From positions 64,001-128,000 of the forward strand of contig JAHPZI010000028.1 in the NCBI GenBank assembly GCA_019058295.1: a DNA stretch of 64,000 nt. The letters run 5' to 3'. A program made the translations under genes and the position numbers. The notes below the pieces were generated by a model that did not search any database, had not been told where the DNA came from, and worked only from the letters and a program-made list of their open reading frames with translations. Below, in pieces: positions 9,719-19,229 of the stretch (positions are counted from its first letter, which is position 1; each line of letters starts with the position of its first letter). The DNA comes from Promethearchaeota archaeon. Its GTDB lineage: Archaea > Asgardarchaeota > Lokiarchaeia > Sigyniarchaeales > SOKP01.

Positions 9719-10261
9719 ATGGATATCGATATTAAAGAATTGTTCTTAGATATACTTACAATCGTTAAATTTGAACTTAAGTTCTACAAGGATAAGGAAT
9801 CTCCGATGTTTGAAAGAATTGTAAAGACTCGCGTATTCCAACAGAGATTACAAAAGCTAAAAGATTTTATAATGTCTTATTTTGAAATTATGTATAAAGA
9901 TCAAGAAAGCCCTATAAACAAAGCGGCATTACGAACACAATTAGACAATATTGCTCGGATTACGAATTATTACGACGATCTCTCAGAGTTTTATAAAGAT
10001 CATACAAAAACTTTGCTTTCCAGGGAAAAGATTCTTGGATTAATTGAATATTCGCATATTGAGGTTTTATTTCTTATTTTTACCAATATTTTGGACTGGG
10101 AACATTATAAAAGTAGTTTATTGTTCCCTACTGATAAAGCCAAGGAAAAAATATTGAAAGAATTCCTAGGAAGGCTTGCTAGCAGCGATATAAAGGATGT
10201 CGAAGACCTCATAGATCTTGAACAAGAAATTGATACATTTGTTCAAGCTATTGAAGTTTAA
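9719..10261 (+). CDS. Hypothetical helical protein
   Basis: 180-aa ATG ORF with no recognisable motif. Confidence 0.65.
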   Translation: MDIDIKELFLDILTIVKFELKFYKDKESPMFERIVKTRVFQQRLQKLKDFIMSYFEIMYKDQESPINKAALRTQLDNIARITNYYDDLSEFYKDHTKTLLSREKILGLIEYSHIEVLFLIFTNILDWEHYKSSLLFPTDKAKEKILKEFLGRLASSDIKDVEDLIDLEQEIDTFVQAIEV

Positions 10262-10417
10262 TATCGTGTAATGAATCATTAGATTTTCAGTCGCAAGTGA
10301 TATTTTTTATTGAAGAATTCAAGAAATTTCAATAAAAATATAAATGGGTATTATGTTGTAACTTAATGGTATTGAATATCATTTCGAATTATAAAAGATA
10401 TATTAAAGTTTTCTAAA

Positions 10418-10723
10418 ATGGATTGCATCGATAAAATTCTTGAATTTTATACTACTAGGGAAGTTAATAAATATCGTGAAAAAAAGATCCGTCTAGGTAA
10501 AATATTAATCGAATTAATGAATCAGCTTGATGATCCAGGAAACTTGATTAGAGTCCAAAATTGTTTAATTTTATTAATAAATTTATTTTTTGATATTGAA
10601 TCCCCAGATTATTTGCATAATCAAGGAAAATCAATAAATGAGCTCTCTGAAGACGAGTTAGAAAAAGTATATGATTTACTTCGCTCAGAGCTAAATAATC
10701 TAAATAATGGTAATAATAATTAA
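10418..10723 (+). CDS. Hypothetical protein
   Basis: 101-aa ATG ORF, helical composition. Confidence 0.6.
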   Translation: MDCIDKILEFYTTREVNKYREKKIRLGKILIELMNQLDDPGNLIRVQNCLILLINLFFDIESPDYLHNQGKSINELSEDELEKVYDLLRSELNNLNNGNNN

Positions 10724-10730
10724 GACTTTT

Positions 10731-12992
10731 TTAAAAAACTTTCAAATCCTCTAGAAAACTCTTGAATGATTCATCATATTCGTTAAAATATTGCTCTATT
10801 TTCTGTAAAATTTCCGTAATCGCCTTTTTTAATTTTTTATCCAAAGCCAATGTGTCTACAATAACGCTAGATATCGCAATCTGATATTCCGACGTTAATT
10901 CTGTAATTTTTGCGAAATCTTCTTGATGAATACCTATTTTATCTAATTGTATAAATACAGATTCAATCTCATCTTTCAATTTAACTGTAGCTGTCAAAGA
11001 TTTAGTGCAATTGTCATACAATTCTTGTTCTTTCTCGGATATAATCGATTCTTCTTCAGAAAGCTTATCTTTATCATATCTCTCATCCATTCTTTCCCTT
11101 AGAAGATGTTTAGTTCTGTGGTAAATACTTATCGCTTCATTAATCTTTACCAAACATTTAATTAAATCATAATTACGTAGTAATCTTGCCTCAACTATCT
11201 TTAAATATGCAACTTCATAAAAAGTTTGAAGTTCTCCAAAAGTACTCTTCTCCGATTCAAGAATTTTTAATTTTACCTCTCTTAATTGTTCATGTAGGAG
11301 ATCTTTCTCTTTAACACTTAGATCTTTATTTTTAAGCGTATTATAGATTGTATTTGTCTTTTCTTTAATCAATATAGCATTACGCTTCAAAATTCCTGCC
11401 TTTTTTTCAATATTTGTAATGCTTCTTGATTCTCCTTCTCGTTCAACCCATACAAATATTCTTATTGCATCATCTAATAATTTATTGAATTTTTCTGTAT
11501 CTGATTCAAGATAATATTTTGAATCTTGAATTTTTTGGATTGCTCTATCCATTTGAATTTCTAATTCGAAAATGTAATCAATTAAAGTTACTTGTTTTCT
11601 TTCTGTTAATATTCTCGATTTCACAAACATATCATCCTCTACGTTTTTACTTACAATGTACCATAAAATAGCAGCAGGTATCCAAAATACTATTGCGAAT
11701 ACCATCATATTATATATGCTTCCAAGCCATATAATTAACATAAATGAGATCAATAAAGTAATTCCTTTACCTATTTGTTCTGAAAGATTAAAAAATGAAG
11801 CAGCAGTACCCTTGTGTTCGGGCATATTGACATCAATCAAAATTGCATTCCTATTTGCAACTGAACCAGCCGCTATTGTGGTTCCAATTAATCCGAATAT
11901 AAAATATAGAATATAACTTGGATAAACTCTGAATATTGCACCAACAGTTAAAATTATATAAGTCCACGTCTCTCCCGCTGGAATATCGTTAGGATAATTA
12001 ATATTTAATTTATCCACATTAATAGGCTGGATGAAAAACATAGTCAAAAGATATAAAGGGATTGTTATTATAATACAAAATGTTGCTAATCTAGCTCTAT
12101 TTTTTTTATTTCTTTTAAATAAAGCATCTCCTATACGAGTGAGTATAATATTTCCTAAAATATACCCAATACCAACCATTCCTGCAAAAATAGACGCTGT
12201 TTGAAGCCGAATTTCATCTGGCAATTCTGCAAAAAAGTGAAGTGAAAACATAGAAGTCAGGAAATATACTAAAATTGTTCCAGGTATGATTGCGAAAAAG
12301 CCTTGAATTGTTAAGTATCTGTTAGTTTTTTTCTTAATAATTTGAGCTAAATCTGAAGTTGAGATTCTATAACTATATTCTAAACTTAATTCTGCCAAAT
12401 CTAATAATTCGTCTTCACTCGCACCTCTTTGAGGTATTTTGATAAAAAAAAGGATAATAATAATAAAAATACTAATTATTGCTAATAGAAGAAAAGGAAA
12501 TCTCCAACTTGTAACGGGTCCTAAAAAAGAAGATAATGCCTGCCCAACTCCATTAGATATTGAACCTAAAATAGCAACCATTCCAAACCATCCTGATCGT
12601 TCTTCAGGAGGTATTGCATCCGAAATAATAGAATATCCTACTGGCAACACACAACCAAGTCCAGCTCCACTTATCATCCTTGAAAAAAGAAGAATTTGAA
12701 AAGAGGTGCTAAATGAAGTTAATAACATCCCTATAGTCCAAGAAAAAGCACCTCCCATTATAACTTTGCCTCTATCAATGCGATCCGTATAATAACCCCA
12801 GATTAATGCAAAAAAAGCGCTAAATAAAATAAAAAAGGCATCGGGAATCGCAATTAGTGCTTCCGGAATATTAAATTCCTTTTCAATAGCAGCATAGCTA
12901 GGAATTAACATATTAGCACATGCTATGGAGACAAAAAGAAGTAGGACTACCAATATTATTGGGACTAAATCTTTTTTCGCTATTTTAGTCAA
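10731..12992 (-). CDS. MFS transporter with about 300-aa soluble C-terminal extension
   Basis: Motif A WGYYTDRIDRGK, about 12 TMs, then a charged helical tail. Confidence 0.85.
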   Translation of the reverse strand: MTKIAKKDLVPIILVVLLLFVSIACANMLIPSYAAIEKEFNIPEALIAIPDAFFILFSAFFALIWGYYTDRIDRGKVIMGGAFSWTIGMLLTSFSTSFQILLFSRMISGAGLGCVLPVGYSIISDAIPPEERSGWFGMVAILGSISNGVGQALSSFLGPVTSWRFPFLLLAIISIFIIIILFFIKIPQRGASEDELLDLAELSLEYSYRISTSDLAQIIKKKTNRYLTIQGFFAIIPGTILVYFLTSMFSLHFFAELPDEIRLQTASIFAGMVGIGYILGNIILTRIGDALFKRNKKNRARLATFCIIITIPLYLLTMFFIQPINVDKLNINYPNDIPAGETWTYIILTVGAIFRVYPSYILYFIFGLIGTTIAAGSVANRNAILIDVNMPEHKGTAASFFNLSEQIGKGITLLISFMLIIWLGSIYNMMVFAIVFWIPAAILWYIVSKNVEDDMFVKSRILTERKQVTLIDYIFELEIQMDRAIQKIQDSKYYLESDTEKFNKLLDDAIRIFVWVEREGESRSITNIEKKAGILKRNAILIKEKTNTIYNTLKNKDLSVKEKDLLHEQLREVKLKILESEKSTFGELQTFYEVAYLKIVEARLLRNYDLIKCLVKINEAISIYHRTKHLLRERMDERYDKDKLSEEESIISEKEQELYDNCTKSLTATVKLKDEIESVFIQLDKIGIHQEDFAKITELTSEYQIAISSVIVDTLALDKKLKKAITEILQKIEQYFNEYDESFKSFLEDLKVF

Positions 12993-13309
12993 TGGGATTA
13001 AATTTCTTCTTTAATTTGAAAGATTATAATTAAATAAGATTCGTCAGTTAAAAAAATTTTCACACTATATACATTAAGGAAAAAATATAAAATATTATCT
13101 TGAAAAAAGTGGAGTACGAGTTCCATGCTGCTAATACACATATTACACCATTTTCAGTCGCATTTGAGAGAGTTTCAAGCTTAGATCTTGATTTAAACTC
13201 TTATTTTATTATAACAATTATTTATATGTTATTTGCATAGAAAAAACAAAATTTTTCTTTTACTAATAATTAATATGATACAATACTATCTCTACATATT
13301 TTTTAAAAA

Positions 13310-13411
13310 GGGGACGTGGATTAGTGGAAGATCGTTACCTTGGCATGGTAAAGGCCGCGGGTTCAATTCGCTGGTGAAATTCTCAACAGTATGATACTCC
13401 CGCCGTCTCCA
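13310..13411 (+). tRNA. tRNA-Ala(GGC) with 30-nt intron (13368-13397) at position 59/60
   Basis: Acceptor GGGGACG/CGTCTCC with G3:U70 and A73; D stem GATT/GATC; anticodon stem TTACC/GGTAA with GGC at 13342-13344; T stem GCGGG/CCCGC interrupted by a BHB-like insert. Confidence 0.93.
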
Positions 13412-13433
13412 CTATTTATTTTATTAATTAGGT

Positions 13434-14135
13434 TTAAAGAATTAAGACACTACCATCTTTTTGTCCAATATATGCTTTTGAAGTCAATCCTATGAATAAA
13501 CCAGTATCTACAACACCGGGAATTGTTAATAATTTCTCGTTTAGCAATACTGGATTTTCAATTATTCCGAAGTCTGTATCGATAATAAAATTACCATTAT
13601 CAGATACTAAAGGGCCCATTTTAGATTGAGCCATTCGAAGTTTTGGCTTTCCGCCTAATTTTTCTAATTTTTGCCTAACAGGGACATATGCCATCGGTAT
13701 AACTTCTATAGGTACTCCTTTTTTCCAATTTTGCCCTAATTTTTCTGAATTTTTTCTAAAATCAGCTATAATTATTATTTTTTTAGAATTTGAAGCAATG
13801 ATCTTTTCTTGGACATGACAACCGCCACCTCCTTTAATAAGATTAAGATCTTTATCAACTTCATCAGCTCCATCAATATCTAAATCTATTTCAGGGTGTT
13901 GATCTAAAGATGTTAAATTAAGTTCATTTTCTAATATCAATTGATATGCTTGAAACGATGAAGGAATGCATTTTAAGTTCAAATCATTTTTTTTATTTAA
14001 TTCAGCTATTTTTTTTACAGCATAAACTACAGTAGAACCGCTGCCAATACCTAAAATCATATTTTTTTTAACATTATCTTCTACTGCTTTTTCTGCTGCT
14101 TTTTTTTTCCCTAATTCAATTAAATCTTCTGTCAT
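13434..14135 (-). CDS. rpiA: Ribose-5-phosphate isomerase A
   Basis: GIGSGSTV, DGADEVD, LIKGGGG, SDNGN. Confidence 0.96.
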   Translation of the reverse strand: MTEDLIELGKKKAAEKAVEDNVKKNMILGIGSGSTVVYAVKKIAELNKKNDLNLKCIPSSFQAYQLILENELNLTSLDQHPEIDLDIDGADEVDKDLNLIKGGGGCHVQEKIIASNSKKIIIIADFRKNSEKLGQNWKKGVPIEVIPMAYVPVRQKLEKLGGKPKLRMAQSKMGPLVSDNGNFIIDTDFGIIENPVLLNEKLLTIPGVVDTGLFIGLTSKAYIGQKDGSVLIL

Positions 14136-14152
14136 AATTATCTAAAATTTCA

Positions 14153-14566
14153 TTATTTTTTTAATAAATTAAGAATCCTTATTGCGAGATATGCTGCATT
14201 GTCACCTCTATCAATCCCCACACATCCTACAGGTACTTTGGGGGGCATTTGAACAATTGATAATAAAGCGTCTAAACCACCTAATTTCGCATTTACGGGT
14301 ACTCCAATAACAGGTTTGTCTGTCTTAGAGGCAATTACACCTGGTAATGCTGCGGACAATCCAGCTACGGCAATATATATTAACGATTCGCTTTTTTCTA
14401 TGTAATCCTTTAATTTATCGGGATCCCGATGCGCTGAAATAATTTGTAAATCATATGAGATATTATTTTCTTTCAAAACTTTTTCTGCCTTTTCATAGAC
14501 TTCTTTATCTGAGACACTACCCGCAATTATTGAGATTAACGTCTTTTTACTATTACTACTTGGCAT
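14153..14566 (-). CDS. purE: N5-CAIR mutase / AIR carboxylase PurE
   Basis: [37 protein letters not shown]. Confidence 0.95.
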   Translation of the reverse strand: MPSSNSKKTLISIIAGSVSDKEVYEKAEKVLKENNISYDLQIISAHRDPDKLKDYIEKSESLIYIAVAGLSAALPGVIASKTDKPVIGVPVNAKLGGLDALLSIVQMPPKVPVGCVGIDRGDNAAYLAIRILNLLKK

Positions 14567-14763
14567 AATTAAACAAAAACTTAGATAAATAAAAATAATT
14601 CTAATCGTATTTTAATAAATTAAAAAAAAATTTCCAATATCAATTATAAAATTATTCATTTAAGTTATCACTTTATCAAAAACTTTAATTTTAATTTTAA
14701 ATATCCTAATTTAATTCTAAACATATAAAATTCATAAAAAAAATATAAAAAGTGATAGCAAAA

Positions 14764-16104
14764 ATGGTAGAATTAAATGAAGTGTGGCTTGTTGATTACG
14801 CTCGAACAGCATTTTCACGTTCTCGACCTAGGGCACCCGAAAGAGATGTTTTCGGTGAAATAAGAGGAGATACGCTTCTTTCGTTATTATTAAAAGATAT
14901 GATGAATAATAGATTAGCAGATAAAGGTATTGGATCTAAAGACATCGATACATTTACAGTTGGGGCTGCTTTTAGCGTAGGAGAACACTGGACTTATGGA
15001 GGGAAATTTCCTACTTGGTTTGCGGGAATTGACGTAAGAACCTCTTGTCAATCGATGGATAAACAATGCGGGTCAGCAGCAGCAGGTTTTAATTTAGCAT
15101 TTTTAGAAATTGCGACAGGTTATAGCAAAATCGCAATTTCTAGTGGAATGGAACACCTTACGCGAGTACCAATGGGAATTCAAAACAAATGGATAATGCC
15201 AAACCTTTCAGCTGCAAGTAAAACTTCACCATTATATGATGCTAAATATGCACGAAAAGGTGAATATGACTTACTTATCGCAACGGATATGTTGTCAACA
15301 GCACAAAAACTCTTCGAGGAAGAGATTCCGACGTTTACAAAAGAAGATATGGATAAGTTAGGTGTAAGAGCACACAATTTAACCGTAAAATCGCAGGAGG
15401 AAGGTTGGTTCACCTCTGGTGTCAATGGAGGCGAGATTATTCCAATTGAAGGGCACGTTGAAGGGAATCCTGATGAACCATTAATGGTTGATAAGGATAT
15501 GGCAGCTAGAAAATCAACACTTGAAAGTGTTGCAGGTTTAAGACCTGTTTCTAAACCTCATTTCATTAAAAAAACAGCTAAAGGACAAGATCTTGGTCGT
15601 CAAGGATATCAAGATTTTGTTGGTAGTAAAGATGGTGTAATAACTGCGGGTAATGCTTCACCTCTTAATGCTGGTGCTACAGCATGTGTTTTAATGGATG
15701 CTGAAGAAGCTAAAAAGAGAGGTATTAATCCATTGGCAAAAGTCGTTTCTATTGGATTTGCGGGAGTAGATCCTACTGTAATGGGTCGTGGTCCTGTTCC
15801 TGCTAGTAAAATGGCATTACAACATGCTGGATTAACTGCTGATGATATTGATTTCTGGGAAATTAATGAAGCGTTTTGTATAGTTGCTTTAAACTGTATG
15901 GATAAGCTTAACATTCCTGAAGAAAAGGTTAATGTGAAAGGGGGTTCCACCGCAATAGGGCATCCTTTAGGTGCTACAATGTGCCGTTTAATCGGAACTG
16001 TTGCACGAATTATTAAAGATAAGAAAGCTAAATATGGTTTAGCTAATGCATGCGTTGGTGGAGGGCAGGGCGTAGCTGTAATAGTAGAAAATATCGATGC
16101 GTAA
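14764..16104 (+). CDS. Acetyl-CoA C-acyltransferase (thiolase)
   Basis: KQCGS nucleophile, TAGNAS, EINEAF, GHPLGA, CVGGGQG. ATG at 14764 chosen as start. Confidence 0.93.
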   Translation: MVELNEVWLVDYARTAFSRSRPRAPERDVFGEIRGDTLLSLLLKDMMNNRLADKGIGSKDIDTFTVGAAFSVGEHWTYGGKFPTWFAGIDVRTSCQSMDKQCGSAAAGFNLAFLEIATGYSKIAISSGMEHLTRVPMGIQNKWIMPNLSAASKTSPLYDAKYARKGEYDLLIATDMLSTAQKLFEEEIPTFTKEDMDKLGVRAHNLTVKSQEEGWFTSGVNGGEIIPIEGHVEGNPDEPLMVDKDMAARKSTLESVAGLRPVSKPHFIKKTAKGQDLGRQGYQDFVGSKDGVITAGNASPLNAGATACVLMDAEEAKKRGINPLAKVVSIGFAGVDPTVMGRGPVPASKMALQHAGLTADDIDFWEINEAFCIVALNCMDKLNIPEEKVNVKGGSTAIGHPLGATMCRLIGTVARIIKDKKAKYGLANACVGGGQGVAVIVENIDA

Positions 16105-16308
16105 AATCATATTATTATTTTAGACTAACTTAATTGCTCTTCAAAATTTCTTTTTTTTTAAATTTCTTTTATTCAAATTTAAAATTTTTCTCATCATCAA
16201 TTCTATTAATATTTCCAAATTGCAAAATATTTATATATTAAAGCAATAAAATTATAGATATCAAAAAATCAAATAAAAAGTGAAATCAAAAAAAGGTGTA
16301 AAGATAAA

Positions 16309-16515
16309 ATGCCTGTATATAAAAGTATTCAATTAGTTGGAACTTCTGATGTTAATTGGGCTGAAGCGGTAAAAAACTGTTATGCAGAAGCTAAAAAGTC
16401 TCTACGTGGAATCCGAAACATTCAAATAATCGAAAGTGATGTAAAGGTTAAAGAGGACGTTGATAAATTAATCTATCGAGTCAGAGTTCAGGTCAATTTT
16501 GAAATTGAAAGATAA
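16309..16515 (+). CDS. Dodecin-family protein
   Basis: VYKSIQLVGTS...W.EAV..A..SLRGI...YRV...V.F, 68 aa. Confidence 0.85.
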   Translation: MPVYKSIQLVGTSDVNWAEAVKNCYAEAKKSLRGIRNIQIIESDVKVKEDVDKLIYRVRVQVNFEIER

Positions 16516-16630
16516 TTTTGTTCAAATTCCGATTTATAGTATGTGAGAACTGAATGCCTCGCCCATAAACTTATATCTTTTTTATTTTTTTTTGTTTTTA
16601 ATATATATAAATAAGTTAAGAATTTATAGA

Positions 16631-16738
16631 ATGAGCGAACTAGAGTTAACGTTTTGGAGATATATTATTGGCGGGATAATTGTATTGATAATTTTTATAA
16701 TTTGCTGTATAATTCACAATAGACTTATAAAGAAATAG
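16631..16738 (+). CDS. Small single-TM protein (35 aa), not in the ORF track
   Basis: MSELELTFWRYIIGGIIVLIIFIICCIIHNRLIKK; fills an intergenic gap, TATA-like sequence about 25 bp upstream. Confidence 0.5.
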   Translation: MSELELTFWRYIIGGIIVLIIFIICCIIHNRLIKK

Positions 16739-16753
16739 TACTTTGTTTAATTG

Positions 16754-17272
16754 CTAAGAATCTGGAATATCTCTTTTTTGAGCGTTTAGCTTCTCTTTTG
16801 CATATTTCTTTGCTTGAAGTGCATAAATAAATTTTGGATCAATTTCTAAAGCTTTTTTATAGAATTTTAAAGCTTCTTTTAAATTTTCCTTAACTTCATA
16901 AATTAATCCAATATTATAATAGCAATGCTTATAATCCGGTTTAATTTTAATTGCGTCATTGTAAGCTATCATAGCCTTATTCATATCACCCATATTAAAA
17001 TGAGCGATTCCTATGTTGTATATAGCTCTGTAATTATTAGGATCGATTTCGAGGATTTTGTTAAAATACTTAATAGCCTCTTCGAATTCCATTACAAATT
17101 CATCGCTAAGATAAACTCCACACGATAACAAAACATTAATGAGCTCCGTTCTTATCTCATCAGATTGAGGATTTTTTTTAAATATATCTTCTAATACTTC
17201 TATAGATTCTTCATATCTCTTGTCGTTCTTCAATTTTTTTGCCTTATTTAAAAGATCTTCCGTACTAGTCAA
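16754..17272 (-). CDS. TPR repeat protein
   Basis: AIYNIGIAHFNMG, CYYNIGLIY...EALKFYKKALEIDP. Confidence 0.9.
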   Translation of the reverse strand: MTSTEDLLNKAKKLKNDKRYEESIEVLEDIFKKNPQSDEIRTELINVLLSCGVYLSDEFVMEFEEAIKYFNKILEIDPNNYRAIYNIGIAHFNMGDMNKAMIAYNDAIKIKPDYKHCYYNIGLIYEVKENLKEALKFYKKALEIDPKFIYALQAKKYAKEKLNAQKRDIPDS

Positions 17273-17304
17273 ATAATTTCACTACGTCTGGGCAAAATTG
17301 CTAT

Positions 17305-17754
17305 TCAAGGATTTTCATACCAAATAAAATCGGATTTTTTTATTCCTAATTTTATTAATAAACTACGTAAACTCCCATCAGAATCGGGACATATCACAAA
17401 AAATTTAGTTATTCCATGAGTTGACTCTATATAACCCATTAGTTCTCGTATTATTAATTCTTCTATTCCTTTTTTGAAAGAGTCTTCCTTTCTGGTAAGT
17501 ATTTGATGAATTACAAATCTATCATTGCCAAGATAATCTCTGAATATTGTATACGTGCCCCATCCAACCATTTTTCCATCTTCTTCAGCCAAGATCATTG
17601 AATTTCGATATTCAAGATTCAAGGCTCTCTTATTTAATTCACTTTCGAATTTATTCCAATTAGAGTTAAAATAAGTTTTGTTTACCATAAAATCGTCAAA
17701 AAGTGCCTTTAAGGCATCCTTATCTTTTCTCGGATCATATCGCCTTAATTCCAA
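17305..17754 (-). CDS. GNAT-fold protein
   Basis: MELRRY start, ILAEEDGKMVGW strand, KKGIEELII motif-A-like segment. Confidence 0.6.
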   Translation of the reverse strand: MELRRYDPRKDKDALKALFDDFMVNKTYFNSNWNKFESELNKRALNLEYRNSMILAEEDGKMVGWGTYTIFRDYLGNDRFVIHQILTRKEDSFKKGIEELIIRELMGYIESTHGITKFFVICPDSDGSLRSLLIKLGIKKSDFIWYENP

Positions 17755-17856
17755 TTTTTAAACTCCTCTTTTCACCGTTTTTTGAAATTATTTAGTATAA
17801 TTATTCCTTAATAAAAATTCTTTTTTATTAGTGAATATAATTAAAAATCGCTGACT

Positions 17857-18387
17857 ATGAGTAAAAAAACATCAGAACTTAAAAAAAGTGAGAAGGAGAA
17901 AATCTCAATCCCGTTTAAATCGTTAAGAAAAGGAGTAGATGTGCCAAAACCATCAAATTTAGGTGATGCTGGGGCAGATGCTCGTATCATTGGCTTTAAA
18001 AAAATTATAAAAAAGGATGGAAAAAAAGAATTAGTTGAAATTGATTCAGAAACCTATACTCTGAAGCCTCTCGAGCGAATAGGATGCCCTTTAGGATTCG
18101 CTACTGCTATTCCTAAGGGATTTTATTTTAAAGTAGTTCCTAGAAGTGGTTTAGCGTTATGGGATGGATTATCCATCATTAATACTCCAGGCACAATTGA
18201 TGCGGGTTATAGAAATGAATGGATGGCTATAGTAGTTAATCTTTCAAATAAAGATGTTGTATTGAAGAGAGGTGAGCGAATTTGCCAAATTATTCTTGGG
18301 AAACTTTATGAGTATGATTTTATTGAAACTGATAAATTGCTAGATTCTGATCGAGGATTAGGTGGTTTTGGTTCTACTGGAAAATGA
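17857..18387 (+). CDS. dut: dUTP diphosphatase (trimeric)
   Basis: DAGAD, PRSGLA, NTPGTIDAGYR, ERICQ, RGLGGFGSTG. Confidence 0.96.
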   Translation: MSKKTSELKKSEKEKISIPFKSLRKGVDVPKPSNLGDAGADARIIGFKKIIKKDGKKELVEIDSETYTLKPLERIGCPLGFATAIPKGFYFKVVPRSGLALWDGLSIINTPGTIDAGYRNEWMAIVVNLSNKDVVLKRGERICQIILGKLYEYDFIETDKLLDSDRGLGGFGSTGK

Positions 18388-18506
18388 TAATATAAACTTA
18401 TTTCTTAAAGAAAATTAGTCCTATAAAAACAAAAGTTAAATTAATTATATTATCTCTAGACCATTTAATAGAAAATATCTTAAGAAAAAAATTATTTTAA
18501 AATAAC

Positions 18507-19127
18507 ATGCCTAAAAGAATACCATCTATAATAGGAGCAATAGTAATAATCATATCGGTTTTTTTACCCATAATTAGCCTAGATATAACTGACTATCATG
18601 ACTATGATATAATACTTCATTATTGGTTGTCGGGGTTAATGTACTTTTCAGCAAAAGATGGAGATGATAGGGTGAGGCGTTACAGATTTTATCCGAATGT
18701 AATTGGATTTGCATGTATGGTTGCTATAATCGCATTAGCAATAATGACAATCGTCAAATCCGCACGAAAAAAGGATCCAATTTTTATCGTTATTTTTGGA
18801 ATCATAGCGACGGGATTTTTAGTTGGAACAACATTTTTTATGATGGCACTATTAGAATTTGTTATGATAAATGAAGGATTAGGTACTATTTCATCTTCGT
18901 TAATTCCAAGTTATGGATTCTATTGTGGTATAATTGGAGGAATTCTTATTGTAATTGGTGGATTAATCTTGAAGGAACCAGCAAGCCAAATAAAGGAAAC
19001 AAAGCCGAAAACAGTTGTCCAACAAAAACAAGCAGACACAGGAATAAAATTCTGTGAAGATTGCGGCAAAATAATCAGAAGTGGTGATAGATTTTGTATT
19101 GAATGCGGGGCACCTATTAAACAGTAG
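18507..19127 (+). CDS. Membrane protein with C-terminal zinc ribbon
   Basis: 4 TM segments; FCEDCG...FCIECG. Confidence 0.75.
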   Translation: MPKRIPSIIGAIVIIISVFLPIISLDITDYHDYDIILHYWLSGLMYFSAKDGDDRVRRYRFYPNVIGFACMVAIIALAIMTIVKSARKKDPIFIVIFGIIATGFLVGTTFFMMALLEFVMINEGLGTISSSLIPSYGFYCGIIGGILIVIGGLILKEPASQIKETKPKTVVQQKQADTGIKFCEDCGKIIRSGDRFCIECGAPIKQ

Positions 19128-19229
19128 AGATCCAGTAATTTTATTTTATAAAAATAAACTTCAAATTATCTTCTTAATTCCTTGAATTATAAATCATTTA
19201 GAATTATAACATCACTTTAGGCATAAAAG

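Noticed and set aside
10300-10341. AT-rich inverted repeat after the 9719-10261 ORF
   Set aside because: Almost entirely A/T; cannot be distinguished from an ordinary terminator/operator or chance.
10283-13162. Exact 13-mer ATTTTCAGTCGCA in two intergenic regions (10283-10295 and 13150-13162)
   Set aside because: Only two copies, no mobile element between them, and chance 13-mer matches are plausible in AT-rich DNA.
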